From contig JAHFEQ010000003.1 in NCBI GenBank assembly GCA_023248395.1, forward strand, positions 1-51,571: DNA of 51,571 nucleotides. The letters are read 5' to 3'. Within the stretch, counting starts at the first letter, position 1. The number at the start of each line of letters is the position of its first letter. This DNA comes from Nitrospirota bacterium (GTDB taxonomy: Bacteria > Nitrospirota > 9FT-COMBO-42-15 > HDB-SIOI813). Below, piece by piece: positions 38,089 through 47,638 of this stretch. The notes beneath the pieces are model-generated. The model was not told where the DNA came from. It ran no database searches and worked only from the letters and a program-made list of their open reading frames with translations. The position numbers were made by a program, and so were the translations under genes.

Positions 38089-39666
38089 ATGGAAAAAAGT
38101 TACAAGGATGCTATTAGTGAGCTCAACTATAAGGTATTGGAGCTCACGACACTTTATGAGATCTCGAAGAGATTAGGGGCCTCCATAGACCCTAAAGTAA
38201 CGTTAGGGTCTATCCTGGAGATTCTCTCTGAGAATATGGGGATGCGTCGAGGGACATTGACCCTGATAGACCCCGATACAAAGCAGTTATACATAGAGTT
38301 AGGTCATGGTCTCACTGCAGAGGAAAAAGGGCGTGGTGTCTATAAAATCGGCGAGGGGATTACTGGAAGGGTGGTAGAGACCGGGGAGCCCATTATTGTG
38401 CCTGATGTTGGGAGAGAGCCTCTTTTCCTGAACCGGACCAGATCGAGGGGGGATATATCCCGAGAGAATATTTCCTTTATCTGTGTCCCTGTAAATGTTA
38501 AGGGTGAGACCATAGGAGTCCTTAGTGTTGACAGGCTTTTTACAGATAGATCCATTGCATTAGAGGAGGATGTCAGGGTACTTACGATCGTTGCCTCTCT
38601 GATCGGTCAGGCAATTACGATATCGAAGGTGGTAGAGCTGGAGCGAAAGAGTTTTATCAAGGAGAAGATGAGTCTCCAGCGAGAGCTTAAATCTCCGTAC
38701 CGGTTTGCGAATATAGTTTTCCAGAGTGAAAAGATGAGAGAGATCCTGGATGCGGCATGGAGGGTAAGCCAGAGTAAAGCAACTGTACTCTTAAGGGGAG
38801 AAAGTGGAACAGGAAAGGAGTTGATAGCCAGGGCGATACATTACCACAGCAAACGTTGCGATAAACCCTTTATAGGTGTTAATTGTGCTGCTATCCCTGA
38901 TACCTTGATTGAAAGTGATCTGTTCGGCCACGAAAAGGGGGCATTTACTGGCGCAATGCAGGCAAAGAGAGGTAGATTTGAGTTAGCCGACAGTGGAACG
39001 TTGTTCCTCGACGAGATAGGAGATATACCCCTATCGACACAGGTCAAGCTTTTGAGAGTCCTGCAGGAAAAGAGATTTGAACGGGTTGGTGGTACTAAAA
39101 GTATTACAGTAGATGTGCGTATTATTGCAGCCACTAACAAGAATTTGGAAGAAGCAGTCATGAGGGGTGATTTCCGTGAGGATCTCTACTACAGATTAAA
39201 TGTTGTCCCTATCAGGATACCCCCTCTGAGAGGCAGGAAGGAGGATATTCCACCTCTTGTTGGCCACTTTCTTCAGATATACAACGAAGAGAATGGTAGA
39301 GAGATCAAGATATCTAATGAGGCCCTCGACACCCTTTTGATGCATGACTGGCCAGGGAATGTCAGAGAGCTCGAAAACTGTGTGGAAAGGATGATCGTTA
39401 TGGCCAGGAATGAAATAATCATGGCAGAGGATGTTCCCATTAATATAGAAACGAGCCTTGTGCCCGGCAATCCCCATGAGAAGAACAGGCATAGTCTAAT
39501 AAAGACACTTGACAGGACAGTTGAGGAGATAGAAAAGGAGAGAATTTTAGAGGCATTAAAGAGATGCGGCTATGTCCAGGCAAAGGCAGCAAGGCAACTC
39601 GGTATTACACCAAGGCAGATAGGTTATAAGATAAAAAAATATGGTCTGGGGGAGGGAAATTCGTAG
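38089..39666 (+). CDS. Sigma-54-dependent transcriptional activator (GAF-AAA+-Fis HTH)
   Basis: N-terminal GAF-like domain. Walker [15 protein letters not shown] motif, Walker B LFLDEIG. C-terminal HTH ([20 protein letters not shown]). Confidence 0.9.
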   Translation: MEKSYKDAISELNYKVLELTTLYEISKRLGASIDPKVTLGSILEILSENMGMRRGTLTLIDPDTKQLYIELGHGLTAEEKGRGVYKIGEGITGRVVETGEPIIVPDVGREPLFLNRTRSRGDISRENISFICVPVNVKGETIGVLSVDRLFTDRSIALEEDVRVLTIVASLIGQAITISKVVELERKSFIKEKMSLQRELKSPYRFANIVFQSEKMREILDAAWRVSQSKATVLLRGESGTGKELIARAIHYHSKRCDKPFIGVNCAAIPDTLIESDLFGHEKGAFTGAMQAKRGRFELADSGTLFLDEIGDIPLSTQVKLLRVLQEKRFERVGGTKSITVDVRIIAATNKNLEEAVMRGDFREDLYYRLNVVPIRIPPLRGRKEDIPPLVGHFLQIYNEENGREIKISNEALDTLLMHDWPGNVRELENCVERMIVMARNEIIMAEDVPINIETSLVPGNPHEKNRHSLIKTLDRTVEEIEKERILEALKRCGYVQAKAARQLGITPRQIGYKIKKYGLGEGNS

Positions 39667-40557
39667 GTGGTGCAAAGCATGACAGGTTTTGGCCGCAGTG
39701 AGGGTACCTGCTGTGGAATTATCTACAGGGTAGAGATACGGTCAGTTAACCATAGATATTGCGATACGAACGTTAGACTCCCTGACGAGCTTATAAGGTT
39801 TGAGCAAAAGGTCAGGAGTGCTCTATCTGGTAAGTTTTCCAGAGGCAAGTTTGAAGTATCGATATTACAGGTTGACACCCCGCTGAGAGATGTAAGACCA
39901 GAATTAAAAATCTCCACCATAAGACAATATCAGACAATATTAAAGGAGCTATCAAAGGTTTTTAATGTCAACTTTACTATCAGAAAGGACATACGACTAT
40001 CAGATATGTTAGCCCTAAAAGATATGATTACATTTTCAAGGGTAGATTATGGCAATAGTGAAATTGAAGAACCCTTTCTGAAGATATTAGATAAGGCCCT
40101 TGACGAAATCATGAAAATGAGGTGTAAAGAGGGGCGTATAATATACAAAGATCTTAAACGACGGATAGGTAAATTAGAATCCATGACGAAGCATATAGAA
40201 CGGAATGTACCCATCGTAAGCCGTAATATGAAAAAGAGATACTTTGAGCGGATCAAAGAGCTATCTGAAATTCCCCAACTCAATATGGATAGAGTATATC
40301 AGGAACTTGCCATGATGGTTGAACGGATGGATATTACTGAGGAGATCGTGAGGGTAAATAGTCACATTGCTCAGCTAAAAGATAAACTGGATGTCGGGGG
40401 AGTTGTGGGCCGGACTCTCGATTTTCTTTTGCAGGAGGTCAATCGCGAGATTAACACGATAGCCTCAAAGGCATCTGATATGACGATATCGCAGATTATA
40501 GTTGACATGAAGGCAGAGGCAGAGCGTATCAGGGAGCAGGTGCAGAATATTGAGTAA
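39667..40557 (+). CDS. yicC: YicC/YloC-family stress-induced protein (endoribonuclease family)
   Basis: N-terminus MVQSMTGFGRSEG and IRSVNHRY. C-terminal DUF1732-like region (LLQEVNREINTIASKA). GTG start directly after the upstream stop. Confidence 0.85.
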   Translation: MVQSMTGFGRSEGTCCGIIYRVEIRSVNHRYCDTNVRLPDELIRFEQKVRSALSGKFSRGKFEVSILQVDTPLRDVRPELKISTIRQYQTILKELSKVFNVNFTIRKDIRLSDMLALKDMITFSRVDYGNSEIEEPFLKILDKALDEIMKMRCKEGRIIYKDLKRRIGKLESMTKHIERNVPIVSRNMKKRYFERIKELSEIPQLNMDRVYQELAMMVERMDITEEIVRVNSHIAQLKDKLDVGGVVGRTLDFLLQEVNREINTIASKASDMTISQIIVDMKAEAERIREQVQNIE

Positions 40558-40621
40558 TTGACACTGAAAAATATCTACCTGCAGTCCCGATGGGGCACCC
40601 GGGCATTTTTGAGTGTCAATT
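40556..40621. repeat. 17-nt inverted repeat (16 of 17 paired) with a 32-nt spacer, directly after the yicC stop; possible terminator or protein-binding site
   Basis: aattgacactgaaaaat (40556-40572) pairs with atttttgagtgtcaatt (40605-40621), with one G-G mismatch. Confidence 0.6.
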
Positions 40622-40629
40622 TGTTTATG

Positions 40630-40659
40630 GTTGAGAATTCTTGCTTGGATGTTGTATAC
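40630..40659 (+). promoter_or_regulatory. Sigma-70-type promoter candidate (TTGAGA-18-TATACT) for remA-gmk-rpoZ-coaBC
   Basis: Hexamers at 40630-40635 and 40654-40659, about 70 nt upstream of GTG 40728. Confidence 0.4.
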
Positions 40660-40727
40660 TATTGCCCAAAGATTTCCGCATAGTTTGGACGACTGGGTAT
40701 TAATAGTCGGGATCTCAAGGAGAGAGT

Positions 40728-40991
40728 GTGGATTATAAATTGATCAATATAGGATTTGGTAATGTCGTATTGGCATCCCGGGTCATAAGCATCGTATCTT
40801 CCTCCTCTGCTCCAATGAAACGGTTGAAGGAAGAGGCAAAGAAGATAGGGAGGCTCATTGATGCATCTCAGGGAAGAAAGACAAGGACAGTCATTATTAC
40901 GGATAGCGGGCACGTGATACTTTCAGCAGTGCAGGCAGAGACCATTACACAACGTTTCACAGAGAGGAGTGATAAGGATTCTGGAAAATGA
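40728..40991 (+). CDS. remA: DUF370 / RemA-family regulator
   Basis: [71 protein letters not shown] closely parallels Bacillus RemA (recalled from memory). GTG start with RBS aaggagag. Confidence 0.88.
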   Translation: MDYKLINIGFGNVVLASRVISIVSSSSAPMKRLKEEAKKIGRLIDASQGRKTRTVIITDSGHVILSAVQAETITQRFTERSDKDSGK

Positions 40992-41653
40992 TTACGCCGG
41001 GAACTGCTAAAGAACTGCATAAAGATCCCTGGACGAAAAGAGGGCTTTTGTTTGTTGTCTCTGCACCTTCCGGGGCCGGTAAGACATCACTCTGTAAAGA
41101 GGTTATGAAATATATCCCAAATCTTATGCACTCCATATCTTATACCACAAGGTCTGCACGACCATCAGAGGTCGATGGCTCTGATTATCACTTTACTTCT
41201 ACCGAAAAATTTAAAAAGATGATAGCGGAGGATGCGTTTATCGAGTGGGCTATCGTGCATGGCAATTACTACGGGACATCTCAGAAGGAATTAAATGAGT
41301 TACTTAATCAGGAGATTGATGTAATATTAGATATCGATTCGCAGGGTGCGTCCCAGATAAAGAAGAGATTCAGGAATGGGGTGTTCATATATGTATTACC
41401 CCCCTCCTTTGAAGATCTCAGGCAGAGGCTAACTGTAAGGAAGGGAGACACACCAGATGAGATAAAGCGGAGATTAGATAACGCCAATGAGGAGGCCAAA
41501 GATTACAGGATGTATGACTACCTTATTATAAATGACGATTTTGATACCGCCCTGGAGAGGCTTAAATCTATTATCATCTCGGCGAGAATAAAGATAGAGA
41601 GGGTTGATCCGGGGTGGGTAGAGTGTAACTTTTTTGCTAAGCGAGGAGGATGA
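40988..41653 (+). CDS. gmk: Guanylate kinase
   Basis: P-loop [27 protein letters not shown] and YGT. Confidence 0.92.
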   Translation: MITPGTAKELHKDPWTKRGLLFVVSAPSGAGKTSLCKEVMKYIPNLMHSISYTTRSARPSEVDGSDYHFTSTEKFKKMIAEDAFIEWAIVHGNYYGTSQKELNELLNQEIDVILDIDSQGASQIKKRFRNGVFIYVLPPSFEDLRQRLTVRKGDTPDEIKRRLDNANEEAKDYRMYDYLIINDDFDTALERLKSIIISARIKIERVDPGWVECNFFAKRGG

Positions 41654-42027
41654 ATATTATGGACATAGTATCCTTACCAATCGTAGTTGATAAGGGGAGA
41701 TTAGATAGCAGGTTCAGGATGGTCGTCCTTGCCACTGAGAGGGCGAGACGACTCATGAGCGGCGTTAAGACAGTGGTCCCTACAAAATATATAAAGGCAT
41801 CCACTATGGCACTGGATGAGCTTTCAGAATGTCAGATTGAGTATGTAACTGGTAAAGAGGCACGGAAGGCCATGCAGGCAGAGGCTGCAAAAGTGCTGCA
41901 AGATACTCAGGTTACAGGGGAGGGGGTAGAAGAGGACGAGATAAAGAAAGAGATCGAAAAGGACCTCGGTGTCTACGTACCAGAACCAGGGGATAACATT
42001 TCAGGGTCTGGGAGCAGGGACGAGTGA
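41650..42027 (+). CDS. rpoZ: RNA polymerase omega subunit
   Basis: SRFRMVVLATERARRL plus position after gmk. Acidic C-terminal extension. Confidence 0.85.
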   Translation: MNIMDIVSLPIVVDKGRLDSRFRMVVLATERARRLMSGVKTVVPTKYIKASTMALDELSECQIEYVTGKEARKAMQAEAAKVLQDTQVTGEGVEEDEIKKEIEKDLGVYVPEPGDNISGSGSRDE

Positions 42028-43223
42028 AGCTAACAGGAAAGAAGATCATATTAGGTGTTACAGGCAGTATAGCTGCCTATAAGGCCGTGTACCTCTTGAG
42101 AAGACTTGTGGAGGAAGAGGCAGATGTAACAGTAGTAATGACGACTGAGGCTGCCATATTTATATCCCCCCTGACATTTCGGACCTTATCAAAAAAACCA
42201 GTATATACGGAGATGTTTGAACTCAATCAGCGTGAGGAAATTACCCATTTATATCTGGGTAGAGATGCTGATATGATACTTGTGGCACCCGCTACTGCAA
42301 ATATTATAGGGAAAATGGCGAATGGGATCGCGGATGATCTGTTGAGTACCATTCTCATGGCAGCTAAATGTCCGGTAATTATGGCCCCGGCCATGGACTC
42401 GGAGATGTATGAAAATCCCATCGTCCAGAGGAACATTTCCTGTTTGCGGCAATTTAAGGTCGATTTTACAGGACCTGCGATTGGTCCTCTGGCATCTGGT
42501 ATCTCAGGCCCCGGCCGTATGTCAGATCCGGAGGAGATCCTGTCCTTTGTCGGTGACAAACTCGCGATGGATAAAGATATGGATGGGCATGTCACCTTGA
42601 TTACCGCTGGTCCTACCAGAGAGGCAATTGACCCTGTACGATATATCAGCAACATATCCTCCGGGAAGATGGGATACGCAATAGCTGGGGCAGCGAAAAG
42701 ACGAGGGGCAAGGGTAATACTGATCAGCGGCCCAACGGCACTGACACCTCCGTCCGGGGTAGAGTGTATCCATGTAACAACTTCAGAAGATATGTGCGAC
42801 GCAGTGATGAACAGGCTTGCAGAGGCTACTGTAGTCATCATGGCAGCAGCGGTTTCTGACTTTAGACCTGCTGAGAAAGTTTTCTCAAAAATTAAGAAGG
42901 GTGAAAGTATTACGCTCAATCTTATTAAAACAACAGATATCCTTGAGGAAATACACAGGAAAAAGGGTGCCCAATTTGTAGTTGGATTTGCCGCAGAGAC
43001 TGAAGACCTGATCATCAATGCAAAAGAGAAACTGAAGTCTAAACATTTAGATATGATTGTCGCGAATGATGTCAGCCTTCCAGAGGCTGGTTTTGAGAAG
43101 GATACAAATATTGTGATCCTGATGGACAGGTGGGGTGATGTCATTGAGTATCCTGTGATGTCCAAGTCTGATGTCGCTGATAAGATATTGGACTGTGTGA
43201 TTGCCAGGGTGAGTCATGAATAA
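42024..43223 (+). CDS. coaBC: Bifunctional phosphopantothenoylcysteine decarboxylase / synthetase
   Basis: GVTGSIAAYKAVYLLRRL, PAMDSEMY, ITAGPTREAIDPVRYISNISSGKMG. GTG start overlaps the rpoZ stop (GTGA). Confidence 0.92.
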   Translation: MKLTGKKIILGVTGSIAAYKAVYLLRRLVEEEADVTVVMTTEAAIFISPLTFRTLSKKPVYTEMFELNQREEITHLYLGRDADMILVAPATANIIGKMANGIADDLLSTILMAAKCPVIMAPAMDSEMYENPIVQRNISCLRQFKVDFTGPAIGPLASGISGPGRMSDPEEILSFVGDKLAMDKDMDGHVTLITAGPTREAIDPVRYISNISSGKMGYAIAGAAKRRGARVILISGPTALTPPSGVECIHVTTSEDMCDAVMNRLAEATVVIMAAAVSDFRPAEKVFSKIKKGESITLNLIKTTDILEEIHRKKGAQFVVGFAAETEDLIINAKEKLKSKHLDMIVANDVSLPEAGFEKDTNIVILMDRWGDVIEYPVMSKSDVADKILDCVIARVSHE

Positions 43224-43944
43224 GGAAAAGGCGGACAGGTTTTTTATCCCTATCGCAGAAGAGTATATTAAGTCCGGTATGTTAGATGACGCCATTGCTG
43301 TCCTTACGGAAGGGCTTCAGGCATACCCTAACTACCTGGGGGCCAGAGTCTCTTTGGGTAAGGCCTATCTTGAGAAAGGGATGACCAATGAGGCGTTGAA
43401 AGAGTTTGAGTATGTCGTACAGCTAAGTCCAGATAACCTTTTTGCCCACAGAAAATTAGTCTCTTTATATAAAGATCTTGGGAGGATTGATGATGCTATA
43501 AAGGCTTGTGAGACCTTGCTCGTTTTCAGTCCCAAAGATAAAGAGATTACAGAGTTATTATCAAATCTAATGGCTGAGAAGATGGAAGGCGTTCCACAGA
43601 CTGAAGGGCCTTCAAAGAATGGGCAGCCTGTGCCTGCTGTACCGCAGGAAAATATAAAGATAGATTTTACATCCTCATGGGAAGTTGAACAAAAAACAGA
43701 GAAAGAACAAGAGAGAGTAGAAGAAGAACTTCTGACAGAGACTATGGGAGATCTGTACGTTGCTCAGGGTAACATAGAAAAAGGTATTGACATATATGGA
43801 CGTATTCTGGAGAGAGAGCCTGATAATGAGTCAGTTAGGGAGAAGTTGAGAGGCAGTAGTCAACAGTTAGCAGGTCGTGGAAGGGATTCACAGATAAACC
43901 GCCTTCAGGGCCTCCTGGAGAAGATACAAAAAAACAAGAGGTAG
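43216..43944 (+). CDS. TPR-repeat protein, function unknown
   Basis: 242 aa with three or four TPR units ([39 protein letters not shown]...), an acidic linker and one further TPR unit. Confidence 0.7.
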   Translation: MNKEKADRFFIPIAEEYIKSGMLDDAIAVLTEGLQAYPNYLGARVSLGKAYLEKGMTNEALKEFEYVVQLSPDNLFAHRKLVSLYKDLGRIDDAIKACETLLVFSPKDKEITELLSNLMAEKMEGVPQTEGPSKNGQPVPAVPQENIKIDFTSSWEVEQKTEKEQERVEEELLTETMGDLYVAQGNIEKGIDIYGRILEREPDNESVREKLRGSSQQLAGRGRDSQINRLQGLLEKIQKNKR

Positions 43945-43946
43945 AT

Positions 43947-44390
43947 GTGGAAAAGATATTGGTCATTCATGGTCCTAATCTAAACATGCTTGGGAAGAGG
44001 GAAGTAGGGGTCTATGGGAACATAACCCTCAACGAAGTAAATGAGTCTCTCAGAACCCTTGCAAAAGGACTTGAAATGAATGTTGACATCTTTCAGTCTA
44101 ACTCTGAGGGGGCTCTTATAGACAAAATACAGGAGGCATCTGCCAGGTATGATGCTATTGTGCTCAATCCGGGAGGTTACACTCACACCAGTGTATCCCT
44201 TCGGGATGCTATCGCGGCGATAGATATACCGGTTATCGAGGTGCATATCTCAAATATATACAGGAGAGAGGAGTTTCGTCATTATTCCTATGTCTCCGGA
44301 GTTGCTGCAGGTCAGATTGCAGGATTTGGAGTCAATAGCTACTTGCTGGGGTTAAGGGCTGCCGTCGAGATTGTAAGAAGTAAGAGGTAA
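43947..44390 (+). CDS. aroQ: Type II 3-dehydroquinate dehydratase
   Basis: [41 protein letters not shown] start. The last codons (RSKR-stop) lie in a heptamer array. Confidence 0.92.
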   Translation: MEKILVIHGPNLNMLGKREVGVYGNITLNEVNESLRTLAKGLEMNVDIFQSNSEGALIDKIQEASARYDAIVLNPGGYTHTSVSLRDAIAAIDIPVIEVHISNIYRREEFRHYSYVSGVAAGQIAGFGVNSYLLGLRAAVEIVRSKR

Positions 44391-44393
44391 GAA
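44373..44393 (+). repeat. Purine-rich heptamer array GTAAGAA GTAAGAG GTAAGAA
   Basis: Three tandem 7-mers spanning the aroQ stop codon (44388-44390). Confidence 0.65.
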
Positions 44394-44440
44394 GACTTCT
44401 AAAAAATCTCTGGAATCATATAAAAGGGGAGGAAGAGACG

Positions 44441-45001
44441 TTGATAACTGTCGGTGATCTGAGAACGGGGAACAAGGTAGAATTGGATGGAGAGCCATAT
44501 ATTGTCGTGGATGCCCAGCATGTTAAACCTGGAAAGGGAGGGGCATTTTGCAGGACAAAAATGAAGAGCCTCAAAAGCGGGAGTATTCTTGAACGGACAT
44601 TCAGGGTAGGTGAGAAGCTCGATGAACCTAATTTAGAAGAAAAAGAGGTGCAGTATCTCTATTCTGCTGAAGGTCAGTACTATTTTATGGAGATTAACAC
44701 CTTTGAGCAACTATTTTTACGGGGGGATCAGCTTGGGGCGAGCAAAAACTATCTCAAGGAAAATATGGTCTTAAATATTTTATACTTCAATGAAAACCCG
44801 ATAGGGATAGATTTGCCCTTATCCGTAGAGCTGACCATTGCGAAGACAGATCCGGGTATTCGTGGTGATACGGCTACAGGGGGTTCAAAGCCGGCAGTCC
44901 TCGAAACGGGTGCAGTCGTGAAGGTCCCTTTATATCTCAATGAAGGGGATATCATAAAGGTTGATACACGTAACGGAGAATTTATTGAAAGGGTGAGATG
45001 A
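44441..45001 (+). CDS. efp: Translation elongation factor P
   Basis: MITVGDLRTGNKV and HVKPGKGGAFCRTKMKSL (Lys-type loop). TTG start with RBS aggggaggaag. Confidence 0.92.
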   Translation: MITVGDLRTGNKVELDGEPYIVVDAQHVKPGKGGAFCRTKMKSLKSGSILERTFRVGEKLDEPNLEEKEVQYLYSAEGQYYFMEINTFEQLFLRGDQLGASKNYLKENMVLNILYFNENPIGIDLPLSVELTIAKTDPGIRGDTATGGSKPAVLETGAVVKVPLYLNEGDIIKVDTRNGEFIERVR

Positions 45002-45513
45002 AAGAGCCAAACGATCCTAAATCAGTAAAGTCTGCAAAAAAGTCGTGGGTTGCCATCGATGATATAAGAGTGCTCATGGACCTTATCAAGGACACAGAGG
45101 TCTCTGAGCTTGAGGTTGAAAAGGGTGGGATTCGTGTCAGGATAAAGAAATCCGCCCCCCTGGCAGCATCAGGTCTGAAGAGAATCCAGGAGAACGTATC
45201 GGCTACATTTTCCACTCCCGCTGTAACCCAGGGGTCTATACATCAGGTTTTTGAGGTGGTAGAAGATAAATATTATAATGTCAGCTCTCCTATTGTCGGG
45301 ACATTCTTTCGGGCACCATCACCTGGAACAGAACCCTATGCCAATGTAGGTGATGTCGTAAAAAAGGGTCAGATCCTCTGTATTGTTGAGGCCATGAAGC
45401 TGATGAACGAGATCGAATCAGAGATTGATGGAAAGATCATTGAGATACTGGTTCAGGATTCTCAGCCAGTAGAGTATGGTGAAATCTTGTTTAAGATAGA
45501 GCCTCTCTCATAG
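44998..45513 (+). CDS. accB: Acetyl-CoA carboxylase biotin carboxyl carrier protein
   Basis: Biotinylation motif EAMKLMNEIE in the C-terminal lipoyl-like domain. Confidence 0.92.
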   Translation: MKEPNDPKSVKSAKKSWVAIDDIRVLMDLIKDTEVSELEVEKGGIRVRIKKSAPLAASGLKRIQENVSATFSTPAVTQGSIHQVFEVVEDKYYNVSSPIVGTFFRAPSPGTEPYANVGDVVKKGQILCIVEAMKLMNEIESEIDGKIIEILVQDSQPVEYGEILFKIEPLS

Positions 45514-45522
45514 CATATTATT

Positions 45523-46863
45523 ATGTTTCATAAAGTACTTATAGCCAACCGGGGGGAGATAGCCCTTAGAATAATCCGTGCATGCAAAGAGCTTGGTATC
45601 AAGACTGTGGCCATCTATTCAAAGGCCGACGAATTGTCCCTGCATGTCCGGTTTGCCGATGAACGAGTCTGTGTAGGTCCTCCGGATAGTGCTCAGAGTT
45701 ATAGAAATATACCGAATATCCTTAGTGCCGCGGAGATCAGGGATGCAGAGGCAATCCATCCTGGCTATGGTTTTCTTGCTGAGAATGCCCACTTTGCAGA
45801 GGCGTGTGAAGCCGCAGGGATTGTCTTCATCGGGCCGACACCGGATAACATAGCCATGATGGGGGATAAGGCTAAGGCGAAAGAGACTATGATTAAGTGC
45901 GGCATGCCTATTTTGCCGGGCAGCAGAGGTGTTGTGTCTTCTGAAAAAGAGGCCCTGAATGTCATAAAAGAGATAGGATTTCCTGTCATTATAAAGGCAT
46001 GTGCAGGTGGGGGTGGAAGGGGAATGAGGGTGGTTCATAAAGAGCAGGAGTTGGTCAATACTTTCCTCATGGCCCAGGCAGAGGCCAAGGCATCGTTCGG
46101 AAGTGATCAAGTGTACATAGAGAAGTTCTTCTCTAACCCCAGGCATGTTGAGGTACAGATATTGGCGGACAAGTCTGGTAATGTGATCCATCTTGGAGAG
46201 AGGGAGTGCTCGGTGCAGCGCAGGCATCAAAAGCTCATAGAAGAGACGCCATCACCAATCGTAGATGAAAAGATGAGAAAGAAGATGGGAGAAGTGGCAG
46301 TAAAGGCCTCTAAATCTCTCGCTTATATAAATGCCGGGACCATAGAATTTCTTGTCGACGAAGAGAATAATTTTTATTTTATGGAGATGAACACCCGTAT
46401 CCAGGTAGAGCATCCCATTACAGAAATGGTTACGGGCATAGACCTTGTAAAGGAACAAATTCGGGTCGCTGCAGGAGAGCCATTGCGGTATAAACAAAAG
46501 GATATCCGAATGATGGGACACAGTATTGAGTGCCGGATCAATGCTGAAGACTCTGAGAAGTTTACACCATCTCCGGGGAGAATTACAGCCTACTGTGCCC
46601 CTGGCGGTCCTGGTGTGAGGTTAGACTCCGCAGCCTATGCCGGTTATACAGTTCCACCGTTCTACGATTCTGTCATAGCCAAGCTGATCGTCCATAGCGC
46701 AGACAGAGAAGATGCCATTTCCAGGATGGGCAGAGCCCTTGACGAATTTGTCATCGAAGGGATAAAGACCACCATCCCATTCCATAAAAGGGTCCTCCAA
46801 AGTCGAGAATTTTTGTCAGGGAAATATTCTACGAACCTCGTTGAACAGTTACTCAGTCAATAA
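45523..46863 (+). CDS. accC: Acetyl-CoA carboxylase biotin carboxylase subunit
   Basis: [42 protein letters not shown]. Confidence 0.95.
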   Translation: MFHKVLIANRGEIALRIIRACKELGIKTVAIYSKADELSLHVRFADERVCVGPPDSAQSYRNIPNILSAAEIRDAEAIHPGYGFLAENAHFAEACEAAGIVFIGPTPDNIAMMGDKAKAKETMIKCGMPILPGSRGVVSSEKEALNVIKEIGFPVIIKACAGGGGRGMRVVHKEQELVNTFLMAQAEAKASFGSDQVYIEKFFSNPRHVEVQILADKSGNVIHLGERECSVQRRHQKLIEETPSPIVDEKMRKKMGEVAVKASKSLAYINAGTIEFLVDEENNFYFMEMNTRIQVEHPITEMVTGIDLVKEQIRVAAGEPLRYKQKDIRMMGHSIECRINAEDSEKFTPSPGRITAYCAPGGPGVRLDSAAYAGYTVPPFYDSVIAKLIVHSADREDAISRMGRALDEFVIEGIKTTIPFHKRVLQSREFLSGKYSTNLVEQLLSQ

Positions 46864-46872
46864 TAGATAGCC

Positions 46873-46931
46873 TGTAATTGCCTGATTTATCGGGCAATAG
46901 GAAGGTTGTAGTTGCCTGATTTGTCAGGCAT
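46873..46931 (+). repeat. Tandem ~25-nt direct repeat; each copy forms a hairpin
   Basis: tgtaattgcctgatttatcgggcaat (46873-46898) and tgtagttgcctgatttgtcaggcat (46907-46931). Stems are attgcctga/tcgggcaat (one G-U pair) and tgcctga/tcaggca. Loops are TTTA and TTTG. No U-tract follows. Confidence 0.7.
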
Positions 46932-46946
46932 GGGCGCAGGAAACCC

Positions 46947-47006
46947 AATACCACCCATTCCATTGGCCTTCGGCCGCAATGGGTACCCGGCAACTATAAC
47001 GGTATT
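46947..47006 (+). promoter_or_regulatory. Nested stem-loop leader immediately upstream of thiE (uncharacterised structured RNA candidate)
   Basis: Pairings aatacc/ggtatt (46947-52 / 47001-06), acccatt/aatgggt (46953-59 / 46978-84) and ggcc/ggcc (46965-68 / 46972-75). The 3' arm ends 5 nt before GTG 47012. Confidence 0.35.
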
Positions 47007-47011
47007 TTCGA

Positions 47012-47638
47012 GTGAAGAAAAGAAAAATAAAAGGTCTCTACCTGATCCTTGATCAACAGCACACGAAAACGGATATTGTCTCTATAGCGATAGAGGCTGT
47101 AGAGACCGGGGTGGATATCATCCAGTACAGAGAAAAGGTACTGACAAAGAAGGATGCCTTAGTTGTAGCGAAAAGGCTTCGGGAGATTACCGAAAAGGCT
47201 GGTGTCTTATTTATTGTCAATGATGATCCAGCACTTGCCCTTGCGGTTGATGCTGACGGGGTCCATCTCGGACAAGAGGATATCCCGGTTGATATTGCAC
47301 GAAGGATTTTGGGGAAAGATAAGGTAATAGGCCTCTCTACACATTGCTTTGAAGAGGCAACAGCAGCAAACAACCTCGATGTGGACTACATAGGATTCGG
47401 TCCGATATTCCATTCCAGTACAAAGATGGTGACCTCACCATATGGTGTTGAGGGAATAAGAAGGGTAAGGGCAGGTGCATCAGTACCCGTGATGGCAATA
47501 GGTGGCATAAATCATGAAAATGTCTCTGATGTGATAAGGGCTGGTGCAGATGGTGTCGCCGTGATTTCCGCCATTCTTTCAGCATCGGATATCAAAGAGG
47601 CCGTCCGCGAGTTTAAGGAAAGGATTAAGGCCAGTTAG
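47012..47638 (+). CDS. thiE: Thiamine-phosphate synthase
   Basis: GLYLILD, GVDIIQYREK, DGVHLGQED, AIGGI. GTG start with no obvious SD. Confidence 0.88.
   Translation: MKKRKIKGLYLILDQQHTKTDIVSIAIEAVETGVDIIQYREKVLTKKDALVVAKRLREITEKAGVLFIVNDDPALALAVDADGVHLGQEDIPVDIARRILGKDKVIGLSTHCFEEATAANNLDVDYIGFGPIFHSSTKMVTSPYGVEGIRRVRAGASVPVMAIGGINHENVSDVIRAGADGVAVISAILSASDIKEAVREFKERIKAS

Noticed and set aside
39648-39662. Half-copy of the family-A repeat at the end of the sigma-54 activator gene
   Set aside because: It is a 15-nt resemblance only, with no palindrome partner. It cannot be distinguished from chance.
40591-40606. Sigma-54 promoter-like TGGGGCACCCGGGCAT
   Set aside because: The GG-to-GC spacing does not match the TGGCAC-N5-TTGC consensus in either register, leaving too few bases between the GG and GC elements. 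There is no TTGC.
42227-43165. 312-aa ORF antisense to coaBC
   Set aside because: It is fully embedded opposite a well-supported, motif-rich gene. The product is low-complexity and Ser/Ile/Ala-rich with no recognisable motif and no RBS context. It looks like a typical shadow ORF.
45619-46230. 203-aa ORF antisense to accC
   Set aside because: It lies opposite a highly conserved biotin carboxylase. It has no motifs and an odd composition rich in His, Arg, Leu and Cys. It is a shadow ORF.
46864-47011. TPP (THI-box) riboswitch upstream of thiE
   Set aside because: The context suggested one, and CCTGAT...GCGCAGGAAAC loosely resembles the 3' half. The invariant CUGAGA and the P4/P5 CUGG-AUAAUG-CCAG arrangement are absent. 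It is reported only as an unclassified structured leader.
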